A DNA stretch of 54,249 nt, the filler included, from Sluysia triapertura (lineage: Eukaryota): assembly GCA_046118255.1 (NCBI GenBank). It is 4 parts of 4 records of this genome, joined end to end, with 100 filler letters (N's around TTAATTAATTAA, not from the genome) between each part and the next. Parts side by side here need not be neighbours in the genome. Positions count along the whole stretch, not along the records: positions 43,018 to 54,249 come from JBJNIA010187080.1; 3 more parts are not named here. One strand, written 5' to 3'. Numbering within the stretch: position 1 is the first letter of the stretch; every line of letters begins with the position of its first letter. Both the position numbers and the translations under genes were made by a program. Positions 53,441-54,249 of the stretch are shown piece after piece. The notes beneath the pieces are model-generated. The model was not told the origin of the DNA, made no database searches, and saw only the letters and a list, made by a program, of their open reading frames with translations.

Positions 53441-54249
53441 AATTTTACAATACAATCACACAACTAAAGTATCATGATCCACATTCTGGTGAGTTTTAAT
53501 TTATTTATTTCTGTCAAATATTATTTCACTTTTATTATTGTTAATATAATAAATTAACTTTTGGGGGAATTTTTATTTAATTTTGTTGTTATTAAAATAA
53601 AATTCTGGGAGAATATTTAATTATTTTGTTTGTTATTTAATTTCATTATTTTTTGAAAATAAAATTTTTCGGAGGAATTTTTAATGTTTTTTAGGTATTG
53701 ATAAACTGATTTTTGGGAGGATCTTTGCCCATATTGTTTTGTAATATTAACTACTATTAAGTTAAGATAAGATTATTCAGAAATATTTAACTATTATTAT
53801 TTTGACTCTTTTTATATAATGATAAATTGTTTTTTGTGCGTCACCTCTGGTTTCCTTGGATAAAATGTTGTTTTTCTGATATAGTCATAAAGATTATTGC
53901 TATTTTTGAGATCTAGTCATTGTGATTTGATTCATTTGTATTATTATTAAAGAATAAATTATAATAACGATTGGTATTTGATTTTGTAGTTTCTGAATTA
54001 GTAAGCTATTGTCATTAATTTTAAATCGAAAAGCGTAGTATTTTGACAAAATAAATATCATTGTTTAGAGTAAGATAATTTGTGATAATTTATATTTAAT
54101 TTCCTGAGATTTTATTGACTGGATCGATCCAATATTGAATTTATTTTTACTTGCAAATATTAAAAACGCAACAAATACACATTATTGCGCATGTTTTCAG
54201 AGATGAAAACTGAAAAATTAAAAAAGCTTTGTGAAAATGGAAGTCTCAT

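Overview
Very AT-rich eukaryotic DNA, not prokaryotic; the LeuRS C-terminal extension suggests a metazoan. The window is four contigs joined by three identical artificial 100-bp spacers (44 N + TTAATTAATTAA + 44 N). There is one clearly intact gene, an intronless cytosolic leucyl-tRNA synthetase (9695-13180, +), and a large exon of a TRIP12/Ufd4-family HECT E3 ligase (40499-41713, +). Several other spliceable Ser/Thr-rich exons lie on both strands and may be out-of-order pieces of that same ligase gene; this is the most unusual observation, but it is speculative. The rest is mostly decayed transposons: two mariner, one hAT, one hATm-like, piggyBac remnants, Ty3/gypsy fragments, an L2-like tail and non-autonomous TIR elements. 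It also holds a CAMK-type kinase pseudogene and an unclassified ~1-1.6 kb repeat in four copies with relic coding character. No CRISPR, rRNA or intact tRNA was seen. Family assignments come from hand translation and remembered consensus motifs, not database searches; boundaries of decayed elements are approximate.
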